This document shows, piece after piece, positions 1-11,399 of a DNA stretch of 64,000 bases. Every line of letters starts with the position of its first letter. Within the stretch, counting starts at the first letter, position 1. The DNA is from Leucoraja erinacea. Lineage: Eukaryota. A program made the translations under genes and the position numbers. Location: the NCBI RefSeq assembly GCF_028641065.1, contig NC_073400.1:19716001-19780000 (forward strand), read 5' to 3'. Below the pieces are notes generated by a model. It worked only from the letters and a program-made list of their open reading frames with translations. It was not told the origin of the DNA and ran no database searches.

Positions 1-342
1 CTGACTCTATTCCTTGGAACGCAGTAGAGTGAGGGGCGATCTTACAGAGGTGTACAAAATCATGAGAGGAATAGATCGGGTAAATGCAGAATCTCTTGCC
101 CCGAGTAGGTTTAAGGTGAGAGGTAAAAGATTTAATAGGAACCTGAGGGGTATCTTAACATCTAGACCGGTACATGGATAGGATAGGTTTAGAGGGATAT
201 GGAAGGTTTAGAGGGACTGTGATGGGCACAGACCCAGACTGGGATAGCGTGCTGTGTGCCAGAGTGAATCCAGCATCGTGCAGATCCTGGGTCACATACC
301 CTCACCCCCACAGAGACTCACAGATCAGGGAGTGTAATCTCA

Positions 343-1294
343 TGAGGAGGAGGAGCCAACTTGGGGAACGGCTGCTAACCAGCAGCCGTCCATTTAATTC
401 ACTTTTTTTTTGTAGTTTTAGTGAGTGTGTTTTGTTTGTGGGAAAGATAGACTTTTTAATGTGGGGGGAAGGGGGTAACATTATTTCTAGGTCCCTACCT
501 GGTCGGTGAGGCAGCTTTTTCTCCGGGCTGCCCCGTCGAACCGTCCTCGTGGCATAACAGCAGGAGTGGAGCGTCGTTTCCTGGCGGGGACCGCCCAGCA
601 CCTCGGCCTCGGTGGCGGCACAGCGCTGGAGCGCTATCGCGAAGCGGAGCGGGCGGTGCCTTGCCTGGATCGACGCGTTGGAGCTCCGGTGAGCTGTGAC
701 TGCCGAGTTCAACACCTCCGGGCTGCGGAGCAGGCGGCTCCGACCTCAACATCGGGAGCCTGGGAGCTCCAAACCGGCGCGGCCTTGTCGGCTTCGGAAG
801 CCGCGGTCTCCGGTAAGGAAGCGGCCGTTCCAGGTGGCCCAGCCGCTGAGAGGACTCTCCCGACGCCGGGGCAACAGCACCCGGCCAGAACGGCCAGGAA
901 CATAGAGCTCCGTAGAGGCAATAGCGGAGACCTCAATAGGCCTGACTTTGGGAGAACTGGGGATGGGGACTGGACATTGTGCCTTCCCCCACAGTGGTAA
1001 CCATTGTGGGGGGATGATTTTTTGTGTGTACGTGAATATTTTAGTTTGTGTCCAAGATGGCTGTCGGAAGGGAGAGTGTACGCTGGCGCGGTTTAGCTGC
1101 CGCTGCTCTCTCTTCACATTGTGTTTTTGATTTTTTGTCTTTGGATCGAATTCTGTCTTTAATTTGTGTATTGGTGATGTCTTTATTATTTATTTTACTC
1201 CGATTATATGTTTTTTTACTCTTGTTAATTTCTGTAAGGTGTCCTTGAGACTTTTGAAAGGTGCCCACAAATAAAATTTATTATTATTATTATT
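343..1294 (+). mobile_element. Non-autonomous retroposon with L2-like 3' end and (TTA)n tail, absent from the paralogous site
   Basis: Ends gtgtccttgag...gaaaggtgcccacaaataaaatttattattattattatta. The paralogue at ~32645-32655 reads straight through (gtgtaatcatcaaattattcc). Boundaries are approximate. Confidence 0.65.
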
Positions 1295-1466
1295 AAGTTA
1301 TTCCAATCTGGTGTGGGGCACATTTTTGGAGGGAAACCAAAGAATCAGAATGGGGAATAAATCACAAAGAGCAGCGATCTGAAGCTACAGAGACACAGAA
1401 TAACAAGGAAAGCAAAATAGTTCAGTCCATCAAAGCTACTGGGGATCTCAAGGGTCATCTTCCATG

Positions 1467-1655
1467 GGTGGTGCAGTGGTAGAGTTGCTGCGTTCCTACA
1501 GCAAGGACCTGGGATTAATTCTAACTAAGGGTGCCGTCTGTATGGAGTTTGTGTGTTCTCCCTGTGATCACATGGGTTTACTCTGGGTGCTCCGGTTTCC
1601 TTCCCCATTCCACTGACATGCAGGTTTGTAGGTTAATTGGCTTCCATAAATTGTC
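1467..1655 (+). mobile_element. tRNA-derived SINE (elasmobranch HE1-like), 5' part; the 3' part resumes at 6015-6110
   Basis: A-box-like ggtggtgcagtggtagag, body gggtgctccggtttcct, (actaa)n tail near 6085-6110. An uninterrupted paralogous copy lies at ~32966-33245. Confidence 0.75.
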
Positions 1656-2955
1656 AAAGGAGTTGGAGGAATTGAGTGAAAACCAGGTTAGTCGGGAAGT
1701 GGTGTTGGGTAAATTGAATGGATTAAAGGCCGATAAATCCCCAGGGCCAGATAGGCTGCATCCCAGAGTACTTAAGGAAGTAGCTCCAGAAATAATGGAT
1801 GCATTAGTAATAATCTTTCAGAACTCTTTAGCTCCGGAGTAGTTCCTGAGGATTGGCGGGTAGCAAACGTAACCCCACTTTTTAAGAAGGGAGGGAGAGA
1901 GAAAACGGGGAATTACAGACCAGTTAGTCTAACATCGGTAGTGGGGGAAACTGCTAGAGTCAGTTATTAAAGATGGGATAGCAGCACATTTGGAAAGTGG
2001 TGAAATCATTGGACAAAGTCAGCATGGATTTATGAAAGGTAAATCATGTCTGACGAATCTTATAGAATTGTTTGCAGATGTAACTAGTAGAGTGGATAAG
2101 GGAGAACCAGTGGATGTGTCATATCTGGACTTTCAGTAGGCTTTCAACAAAGTCCCACGTAAGAGATTAGTATACAAACTTAAAGCACACGGTATTGGGG
2201 GTTCAGCATTGATGTGGATAGAGAACTGGCTGGCAGACAGCAAGCAAAGAGTAGGAGTAAACGGGTCCTTTTCAGAATTGCAGGCAGTTACTAGTGGGGT
2301 ACCGCAAGGCTCAGTGCTGGGACCCCAGCTATTTACAATATATATTAATGATTTGGACAAGGAAATTGAATGCAACATCTCCAAGTTCGCAGATGACACG
2401 AAGCTGGGGGGCAGTGTTAGCTGTGAGGAGGATGCTAGGAGGCTGCAAGGTGACTTGGATCGGCTGGGTGAATGGGATGCAGATGCAGTATAATATGGAT
2501 AAATGTGAGGTTATCCACTTTGGTGGCAAAAACAGGAAAGTAGACTATTATCTGAATGGTGGCCAATTAGGAAAAGGGGAGATGCAACGAGACCTGGGTG
2601 TCATGGTACACCAGTCATTGAAAGTAGGCATGCAGGTGCAGCAGGCAGTGAAGAAAGTGAATGGTATGTTAGCATTCATAGCAAAAGCATTTGAGTATAG
2701 GAGCAGGGAGGTTCTACTGCAGTTGTACAGGGTATTGGTGAGACCACACCTGGAGTATTGCATACAGTTTTGGTCTCCTAATCTGAGGAAGGACATTCTT
2801 GCCATAGAGGGAGTACAGAGAAGACTCACCAGAGGGATGAAGAGAAGGCAGGTACAGGATATCGAGTTGGATGATCAGCCATGATCATATTGAATGGCGG
2901 TGCAGGCTCGAAGGGCCGAATGGCCTACTACTGCACCTATTTTCTGTTTCTATGT
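1656..2955 (+). mobile_element. CR1 LINE, 5'-truncated and internally deleted (copy A)
   Basis: ORF2 peptides [43 protein letters not shown]1 3' end with tttctatg tail. Deletion near 2833. Confidence 0.95.
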
Positions 2956-3300
2956 AGACCCCCCGCATGATGACTTGGTGGACATCTGGTAAAATCTCCA
3001 TCCTGACTCCACCTGGTGGTCCCAGATCGATTGCCTGCACATTTCACAGGCATGTATCTCCTGCATCTCGGTGGCCTCCATGTGGCCAGTGATGTGATCG
3101 GTCCACCATCTGGTGTGGGCAGAGTTCAACCCAATGCGCACGTTCGCACTTTTACAACTGGCTGCTGGATTATCACTGGCTCTGCATTCGTCTCTTGTGT
3201 CAAGAGTATGGGAATGGATCAAGCAACGGCAGGAGTCAGAGATAAGGAACTTGACAGGAAAGTGCTCAACTTGGAATCTCGACTGGGATGAGCCATTGAG
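2956..3300 (+). mobile_element. Degenerate Tx1-like LINE endonuclease-region fragment
   Basis: Broken-frame peptides DLVDIW..LHPD and HHLVWAEF, plus LDRKVLNLESRL. Confidence 0.5.
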
Positions 3301-3364
3301 GATCTGCTGCTGTGGCTGATATTCCAAGAGAGGAAGTGCTGAGGGACTTGCATCCTGAACATTC

Positions 3365-4339
3365 AGAGGTTCACTTGCATCGCCTCCAATCTCATCTACT
3401 CTATCCGTTGTTCCAGGTGAAGACTCCTGTATATCGGTGACACCAAGCACAGGCTCGGCGATCGTTTAGCTGTACACCTCCACTCGGTCTGCCTAAACCT
3501 ACCTGATCTCCCAGTTTCTCAATACTTTAACTCCCCCTCCCCCCTCCCATTCCCACACTAACTTTTCTGTCCTGCGCCTCCTCGATAGTCAGTAAAGACC
3601 CAGCACAAATTGGAGGAACAGCACCTTACATTTCGCTATTGTAGCTTACACCCCAGCGGTATGAACATTGACTTCTCTAACTTCAAGTAGCCCTTGCTTT
3701 CCCTCTCTCCACCCACTCCCCCTTCCCAGTGCTCCTACCCGTCTTACTGTCTCCGACTATATATTATCTCTGTACCGCCTACTCCCCTAACATCAGTCTT
3801 GAACCGAAACATCACTTATTTCTTCTCTCCAGAGAGCATCATGCCGGTCTCGCTGAGTTACTCCTGCATTTTTTGTCTATCTTTCATTTAAACCAGCATC
3901 TGCATTTCTTTTCTACAGTTTTTAACTTCTATATTTGATACTTGACTAATGAAGCCAGTGTGCCGAAAGCCTTCTTGACCATCCTGTGATGCCACTTTCA
4001 AGGAACTACGTATGTACCTGCACTTCTAGATGTCACTGCTCTACAACTCTCCCCAGAGCCCTGCGTAAGTCCTACCCTGGTTAGACTCCGGAAAATGCAT
4101 GACAATTATGTTCCCTAAATGCAACACGCCACAGTTATAATGAAAAGCATTGTATACGCTCGGTTGCGCTTATGATCGTGGCGCTCAATTCTTCCATAGT
4201 GTGATTGAAGTCTGCCTGAGGCAGGATGTAGAGTGAGGCGATTCATGGTTTCTCCAGCATCTGTTGCTTCCAAGGCCTGAAAAAAATCCGTTTAACATGT
4301 ACATGGCATGTGAGAGTTTGCAGACTCTGTTTGCATATT
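3365..4339. repeat. ~970-bp segment (Penelope GIY-YIG fragment + SINE-like tail + CR1 fragment + unique DNA) present in inverted orientation at 26511-27480
   Basis: For example 4141-4340 (gcattgtatacgctcggttgcgcttatgat...gtttgcata) is the reverse complement of 26511-26700. The same repeat junctions occur in both copies. Confidence 0.9.
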
Positions 4340-4418
4340 GGAAGGTTTGCGCCTCAAGTTCTGGTTGCACTTCAGACTGTGCTCCTGATCTTTGGGCACC
4401 CAGTGTGGGCCTCGGGGA

Positions 4419-6013
4419 GTAAATTAAATGGATTAAAGGCCGATAAATCCCCAGGGCCAGATAGGCTACATCCCAGAGTACTTAAGGAAGTAGCTCCAGA
4501 AATAGTGGATGCATTAGTAATAATCTTTCAGAACTCTTTAGATTCCGGAGTAGTTCCTGAGGGTTGGCGGGTAGCAAACGTAACCCCACTTTTTAAGAAG
4601 GGAGGGAGAGAGAAAACGGGGAATTACAGACCAGTTAGTCTAACATCGGTAGTGGGGGAAACTGCTAGAGTCAGTTATTAAAGATGGGATAGCAGCACAT
4701 TTGGAAAGTGGTGAAATCATTGGACAAAGTCAGTATGGATTTACGAAAGGTAAATCATGTCTGATGAATCTTATAGAATTTTTCGAGGATGTAACTAGTA
4801 GCATGGATAGGGGAGAACCAGTGGATGTGGTGTATCTGGACTTCCAGAAGGCTTTTGACAAGGTCCCACATAAGAGATTAGTATACAAACTTAAAGCACA
4901 CGGCATTGGTGGTTCAGTATTGATGTGGATAGAGAACTGGCTGGCAAACAGGAAGCAAAGAGTAGGAGTAAATGGGTCCTTTTCACAATGGCGGGCAGTG
5001 ACTAGTGGGGTACCGCAAGGCTCAGTGCTGGGACCCCAGCTATTTACAATATATATTAATGATCTGGATGAGGGAATTGAAGGCAATATCTCCAAGTTTG
5101 CGGATGACACTAAGCTGGGGGCCAGTGTTAGCTGTGGAGGATGCTAGGAGACTGCAAGGGGACTTGGATAGGCTGGGTGAGTAGGCAAATGTTTGGCAGA
5201 TGCAGTATAATGTGGATAAATGTGAGGTTATCCATTTTGGTGGCAAAAACAGGAAAGCAGATTATTATCTAAATGGTGGCCGATTAGGAAAAGGGGAGAT
5301 GCAGCAAGACCTGGGTGTCATGGCACACCAGTTATTGAAAGTAGGCATGCAGGTGCAGCAGGCAGTGAAGAAAGCGAATGGTATGTTAGCTTTCATAGCA
5401 AAAGAATTTGAGTATAGGAGCAGGGAGGTTCTACTGCAGTTGGTGAGACCACACCTGGAGTATTGCATACAGTTTGGTCTCCAAATCTGAGGAAGGACAT
5501 TATTGCCATAGAGGGAGTGCAGAGAAGGTTCACCAGACTGATTCCTGGGATGTCAGGACTGTCTTATGAAGAAAGACCGGATAGACTTGGTTTATACTCT
5601 CTAGAATTTAGGATATTGAGAGGGGATCTTATAGAAACTTACAAAATTCTTAAGGGGTTGGACAGGCTAGATGCAGGAAGATTGTTCCCGATGTTGGGGA
5701 AGTCCAGGACAAGGGGTCACAGCTTAAGGATAAGGGGGAAATCCGTTTAAAACCGAGATGAGAAAAACTTTTTTCACACAGAGGGTGGGGAATCTCTGGA
5801 ATTCTCTGCCACAGAGGGTAGTTGAGGCCAGTTCATTGGCTATATTTAAGAGGAAGTTAGATGTGGCCCTTGTGGTTAAAGGGATCAGAAGGTATGGAGA
5901 GATGGCAGGTACGGGATACTGAGTTGGATGATCAGCCATGATCATATTGAATGGCGGTGCAGGCTCGAAGGGCCGAATGGCCTACTCCTGCACCTATTTT
6001 CTATGTTTCTATG
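4419..6013 (+). mobile_element. CR1 LINE, 5'-truncated (copy B)
   Basis: RT peptides [29 protein letters not shown]. Complete 3' UTR ending (tttctatg)2. Confidence 0.95.
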
Positions 6014-7227
6014 GCCTTAGTGCGTGATTGTTGGTTGGCGTGGACTAGATGGGCCGAAGGGCCTGTTTCCACGCTGTATTGCTAAACCAAACTAAACTAA
6101 ATTAAACTAATCTGTGGAGGGACATGAATTATTTTTTTTTGGTCAAGATTGTGACTCAGGACTGAGAGTGTAGAAGAGAAATGGCCAGGGCATAGACGCA
6201 AGAGTGAGGGGCGAGTTAGGAGTTGGCAGACCACACAGAGAGCATGGCACACAGTTCTGGTTCCTGTATCCTTGGGTTACACTGGCGAGACATGCAACTG
6301 GTTTTGGAGCACAGGTCTTCCATACTATAGCTGTGATGTTGTCAGGAAACACTGCTCTCTCCGGGGCTCTCAACCATTTCCTGGGATCACATGGACTGAA
6401 CTGAATAGTCCGGGGACAGTTCTGTGTTGGAGGGATCTCAGACGGAAGTAGAGGGAGATCATCCACTCACACCTCCGGCTGTGGAGGGGCATGTTTGTGG
6501 GTGATTAGCCTTGTCTCCAGCACTCACATGTTGGGTTGCCGCATCGCTGAGAATGGGGATGTTCTTAAAGACTCCTCACCACATGAGCTGTTGAATTGTC
6601 CACCACTAGTCATGACCAGATACGAGATGACTGTAGAGCTGTGACATGAGCCATGGGCAGTGCGGTCCCTTAGCTCTATTTCATGCGGCTGTTTTTGCTG
6701 ATGAGCTCGCACATCGCCCTGTGTCACAGCTTCATCAGGCTGGCACCTCGTCGTGTTTAGCTACACCTGGTGCTGCTTCCAGCATGTCATCTGCGCTCCT
6801 CAGTAAACCAGGGATAACCCCCCCCCCAGGTGACAGTAATGGTGGTGTGAGGGATGTGCTGGACTATGAGATTACAGGCTGTGTGCAGGACATTTCTGCT
6901 GATGATGGTCCACAGCACCCCATGAATCCCAGTGTTCAGTTGTTAGGCCTGTTCTGATGGTGCTCAGCTCCTCCAGCCTCGGAGCCATGAGGTTCCCCGT
7001 TGACAGCTCGATCCTTCGCGGCCCCTTACCCAGTCTCCGGGGATAACGCCCAGCTTGGCACTGCCCCAGTCCCATTACATTGGGACCGCCACCCCCCACT
7101 CTGGACACTGGCAGTCAGTGGGATTCAGTAAACAATGTACAGTATCAGCCCTCACCCATTTATGTGGGATGGGGGGGGGTTTCATTCAATGGTTAAACCC
7201 GGGCCCCTTGGCGGCGGTCTCACTCAC

Positions 7228-7545
7228 CGTATACCTCCAGTCGGACTGTGGACATACTCTGTGCTCCCGTATCCAATGTTTCAGTTACCTCGTAATCTCC
7301 TGTGTCCTGTGTCTGTAGACTTAAAATTTCCAGACTGAAGTCATTGAGATGAAGATTTACTCGTCCCTTGTACTTGGTGTTATAGGTTTTAATTTTCCCT
7401 TTTGTATATTCTAATATTCTGGTGCGGGATGATATCTGTTTCCACACAATCTCAACATTGCTCCTTTTGACTTGAAGCCCAGTAGGTAACAAGGCCTTTT
7501 GTCCCACAGTTCCGATCACAAGGCGAGGGTCCGCCCCAGTCCCAG
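7228..7545 (-). CDS. Gene A exon 2: IgV domain of a CD2/SLAM-family-like receptor (phase 1-1, 318 nt)
   Basis: Acceptor CCCTTGTCTCCTCAG, donor G|GTGAGT. Peptide AGTGADPRLVIGTVGQKALLP...EIVWK...YKGRVNLHLNDFSLEILSLQTQDTGDYEV...VRLEVY has the C-strand Trp and D-x-G-x-Y motif but no cysteines, as is typical of CD2-family V domains. Confidence 0.92.
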
Positions 7546-9487
7546 CTGAGGAGACAAGGGAGGCAGTCAGCAGGAGAGCACAGTAACTGGAGGAGGAATC
7601 GGAGCTGGGAGAATCACAGAGCACAGGAGCAGGCCATGGGGCCCATCATCTGGCTCCCGGCTCTGTTAGAGACCCGGCCCACAGTTCCTTCATCACATAG
7701 TGAGCCCACGGGAGGAAGAGTGAGGACTCTCTGCACCAGGGCTGAGGAAGGAAGTTACAGCTTGCAGCCAGATATCGACGGACGGGTCAGGGGGGCACAG
7801 TCATGACAAGTGGGACCCAGTCTGGAGATGAGGGAGAGGGATTGGGCAGAGTGAACATGGCGAGGGAACACGAGGTAAATTAGTAAGTGGCTGGTGCGGG
7901 GGGGAGGGGGGTGTCAGAGGGAGCTTCAGGCAGATCCTTAGAATGCACATTCACAGATCGCTGATGGAGGAGAGACAGGGGGCGAAGAGGAGAGGATCCT
8001 TGCCTTTGTTGCTTGAGACCAGGAATGTGGTCAGGTTTGGAGTGGGGCTGGTCACATCAGAGAAGGGGGGGAGAAGATAGATTTAAATGGATGGGGCAGG
8101 GTGATGAGAGGTACAAAGATAAATATTTTCCAGAGGCAGAAATAGGATGATACCATTCGGATCCTCAAGTTTATACCTTACAAAAGATCATAGTCCCTGC
8201 TGTCCCCACCCCTCCCCACCACCGAGAACTTTAGGCTGTGCACACCGTACGCAAGAAGACGTCACATACACAAGGCTTCGGAGGCTTCAGCCACGGACCC
8301 TGTGGATGGTAACATCGGGAGCTGACCTGGTTGGAGACCGATTCCGAACTCCAGCAAGAGCAGCTTCGTCCACCCCCAATCGTTTGCGGGGCCTTTCATC
8401 GCCCGGCACGGCTTAAAATCTGCCAGCAGGCCTTTCAACATCGGGAGCCTCGATGCAGCAGTTTAATTTTAAGCCGTGCCGGGCGGAAATGAAAGAACCC
8501 GCGACCCGGCCGATTGAGCCCTTAGAAAGCGTCACCCCCACTGTCTCGCGGAATGCGGAGATTTTAATAGTTTTGTTTTCATCAGATTTCAAAACATGGG
8601 GGGCGGGGCGGGGGGATGTTCACCCACCTCTCAAAACATGGGGGTGGACGACCCCGTCCCAGGATTTCCACCTGTGCTAATGGCGTCGAAATTGGCCTTG
8701 GACTTTAACTTGAGGTTCAGTGCAATCTTTTTCCATGACTACTTTAAAACTAATAAAATTAAGGTCACTGGTCCCAACGTGCTCCTCCACTTACATATCA
8801 GTACCAAATCAGGCATAACCCCCAATATGAGGTCCAGTGTGGCGGCTTGTCCACTCGGCTCATCTACATTAAAATACTGGTATAATCACATCAAAATGAT
8901 CACCGCCTTATCATGTCTATCCATATAGCCTCACAGAACAGTTTCCAAGATAATTCTAAGAACTGCCAAGTTCGTCTCCTCTCTTACCTCCACCTGGTAT
9001 ATGTGCTCCAGAGCACTGAGATGCCAGTGCCCACCAATATTGCCATAACAATCAAAGAATGATATTATCCTGCATTTACTCACCCAGGTTGCTCTGAAAG
9101 AACTTGTCAAACCCACCACTTCTCCCACCGGGAAGAATAAGTGCAATAAGTGCAAGGGGACACCACCACTTGTAGGTTCCTCTCCAAGTCACACACTATC
9201 ACTGTTGGGCTGACCGGACCTCTGCATCTCCCTGTACTCGAGCTCTCCTCCTCACTGCCATCCACATGGACAATTCTTGCTCCATCTAGACTCTTTTACC
9301 ATGCTCCCTACATTTACTGTGGGCTTTTACTTTCTTCACCAGCCTATCAATTAACCGACAGGAATCCATATAGACCAATCAAATTGTATCCCCAAACCAA
9401 GTGTGGTTTACTCTCTCTCCCTCCCTCCCCCCCTCTCCCTGTGAAGAACTGTCTCGAGATGTTCTGTCGGAGCAAAGTGAAGACAGC

Positions 9488-9635
9488 AGTTGGAGTCTGT
9501 TCATTTTATGTTGTTAATTTTATCCATCCGAGCTGATGCCCTGAATGCCCAGAGCCCATATGGAGGTCGGGAGCTGCAGTCAGGGTGATGAGCTGGTTCT
9601 GATGCACTGTTTGATCAATCACTGTTACAAATGGT
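9488..9635. promoter_or_regulatory. Conserved intron-1 element, gene A copy (putative enhancer)
   Basis: Shares exact CTGAATGCCCAGAGCCC and ATGAGCTGGTTCTGAT with the reverse complement of 63098-63250. Regulatory function is inferred. Confidence 0.5.
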
Positions 9636-9757
9636 CAGTAGGTGAAGAGAAGTGCTGGACTCGGAATATGGAGTAAAACATATGGGGGGAAAAGAGGGGA
9701 TGAAGGAAGGGAGGGAGTGAGAGAAAAAGAGTGGAAGGGGATAGGTTGTGACCTTAC

Positions 9758-9809
9758 CCAGAGAGATGGCAAGTAGGACGGGGCGGAGCAGGCAGGTGAG
9801 CCGCCCCAT
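9758..9809 (-). CDS. Gene A exon 1 coding part: signal peptide MGRLTCLLRPVLLAISL(A)
   Basis: Kozak context AAGATGG, hydrophobic core, phase-1 donor G|GTAAGG that joins the IgV exon in frame. Confidence 0.85.
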
Positions 9810-9976
9810 CTTCAACCGTCTCTGGGAGTCGGGGCGGGAGGCTTGGATGTTGTCGAAAAGAGCTTCCGGTTGACTGCGCCCGCCCGGGGAAAGGCGGCCG
9901 ATCCGCGGGCGTCGAGCTCACGGAGTCTGGGGCCCGTGTCCCTGCAGCCGGCACACTCCCTCTTCCTCTGCTCGGC

Positions 9977-9985
<9 letters not shown>
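9810..9985 (-). promoter_or_regulatory. GC/CpG-rich 5'UTR-promoter of gene A
   Basis: Local CpG enrichment, GC boxes (ggggcggg 9831, cgcccgccc ~9877), ETS cores (cttccgg ~9873, ctcttcctct ~9960). No TATA box seen. Confidence 0.55.
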
Positions 9986-10008
<23 letters not shown>

Positions 10009-10357
10009 TTCTACCCCCAAATCTCTCTCTCTCTCTCTCTTAATTCTGGCTCCCCGATTATCTCTCCCCAGCCATATTCCTCCATTTCTCTCTTCGCCAG
10101 CCATGTGTTTGTCGCGACCCCATCTCTCTCCTCCCATTGGTCTCTCCCTCTATTTCTCTCCCCCTACCCTTCCCACCATTGTTTCTTCCCCCCCCACACA
10201 TTTCTCTTCTTACATAACCTATGTTTCTATCTCAACGCCCATGTTCCTGCCCCACCCCATGCCTCTATGTCACTCAACCGCATCTCCTTCCTATCACACT
10301 CCTTCAAGCCTGGGTCCATTAGCTCTGGGAGTTGGTGGGGACCAAGGCCTTGACCGC

Positions 10358-11399
10358 GTAGGTATCTTACAAAACCTACCTTAATCGTCATTGAGAATCT
10401 GCCCCAGCCCGTGTGTGTGATGTTGGCGCTGTTTAGAGGGGGCGGGTTTAAAACGCGATTTTTACTAGGCTGTTGCAATCGAAAATGTTCAGCATAGTAA
10501 ATCATTAACGAAAAATCGCTGAAAGACCCCGTCGCAAAAGGTATTATTAGTTTTTATGGCCTTGTATAATAGTTATAGTAGTTTAAAAACCACTCTCTCA
10601 ACCCGCAACCTCTCGCAGCCCCAGGGTTTTATAAAGCAAACAATTAAAGGTATGTACCTTATTTTTACATTAAAAGGGGCTTCTTAAGAACCCTGTATAT
10701 AAAGTTTTCTATAGCGAGTAGCTCATTTTGGGCTCTTTATATCCCGCAGTATTTTTCTGGGCATTTGAGGGCACTAATCTAGCGCAATGTGAACGTTCTA
10801 AACCAGCGCGTTCACAGGAACCCACTAGAAAGCCGATTTAAAATGGACTTTAATTTACAACAATTGAACACTAAATTCCTTCCATTTGGCCTATAAATTG
10901 ATGTAAATGAGATTTTAAAATCATGTTTTATTGTGAATTATTTGTGAATATTATTTGGACACTTAGGCTATTTAAAAATGTTAATCATTTATTAAGAAAT
11001 GGATAGATGTTTAGATCTAGTAATTGAAGTTTGAAATTAGCTACAATTGGGTAACTAACTAATTATATGCTTTAATTTCAGGCCATCCAAGTAAGATTAT
11101 TTTATATTTGTTTCAGAATGGTTCAATCTATGATAACTGACAATTTCATTCAGTTCTCTTAATTTTTAAGAAGGTTATGGGCTTTTGACTGTCCATGATC
11201 ACAGCTTTTTTGTTATGTCCATAGAAAATCAATAGGGAACAAGATGCTAATTTCCGAGTATGAAAATGGCCATAACTTTTTTATTACTTGAGATATGAAA
11301 GTGAATTAGGTGCCAAATTAAACTTATTTTTATGCTTTATCTGATGGGATAAATTGCAGACTTGATTTTTTAAATCTCAAAATTTTGTAACATTGCTAC
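10358..11399. mobile_element. Non-autonomous DNA transposon (1042 bp) with imperfect 17-bp TIRs, superfamily unassigned
   Basis: Left end GTAGGTATCTTACAAAA; right end reverse complement GTAGCAATGTTACAAAA. AT-rich non-coding interior, sharply different from the flanks. Confidence 0.7.

Larger units (their letters stand above)
1..7608. repeat. Segmental paralogy block of gene A, homologous to ~32200-34729 of gene B (intron 2 + IgV exon), carrying copy-specific insertions
   Basis: Position 1 (ctgactctattccttggaacgcagtaga) matches ~32200. 6015-7608 matches ~33153-34729. Near-identical ORF pairs: 6143..6466/33267..33602, 6524..6727/33660..33863, 7220..7624/34350..34649. Confidence 0.95.

Noticed and set aside
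302-1117. Several overlapping 100-160-aa ORFs on both strands
   Set aside because: Expected by chance in a GC-rich repeat; no recognisable domain.
6143-7108. ORFs conserved between the two paralogous introns (also 33267-34242)
   Set aside because: Their conservation only reflects recent duplication or conversion of an old CR1-group LINE remnant.
7228-7545. Rearranging Ig/TCR V segment
   Set aside because: No canonical cysteines and no RSS heptamer/nonamer; the exon ends in a splice donor and includes its own G strand.
9580-9605. C/D-box snoRNA-like motifs (GTGATGA...CTGA) in the conserved intron-1 element
   Set aside because: The boxes are only ~8 nt apart, antisense to the host gene and not preserved in the other copies.
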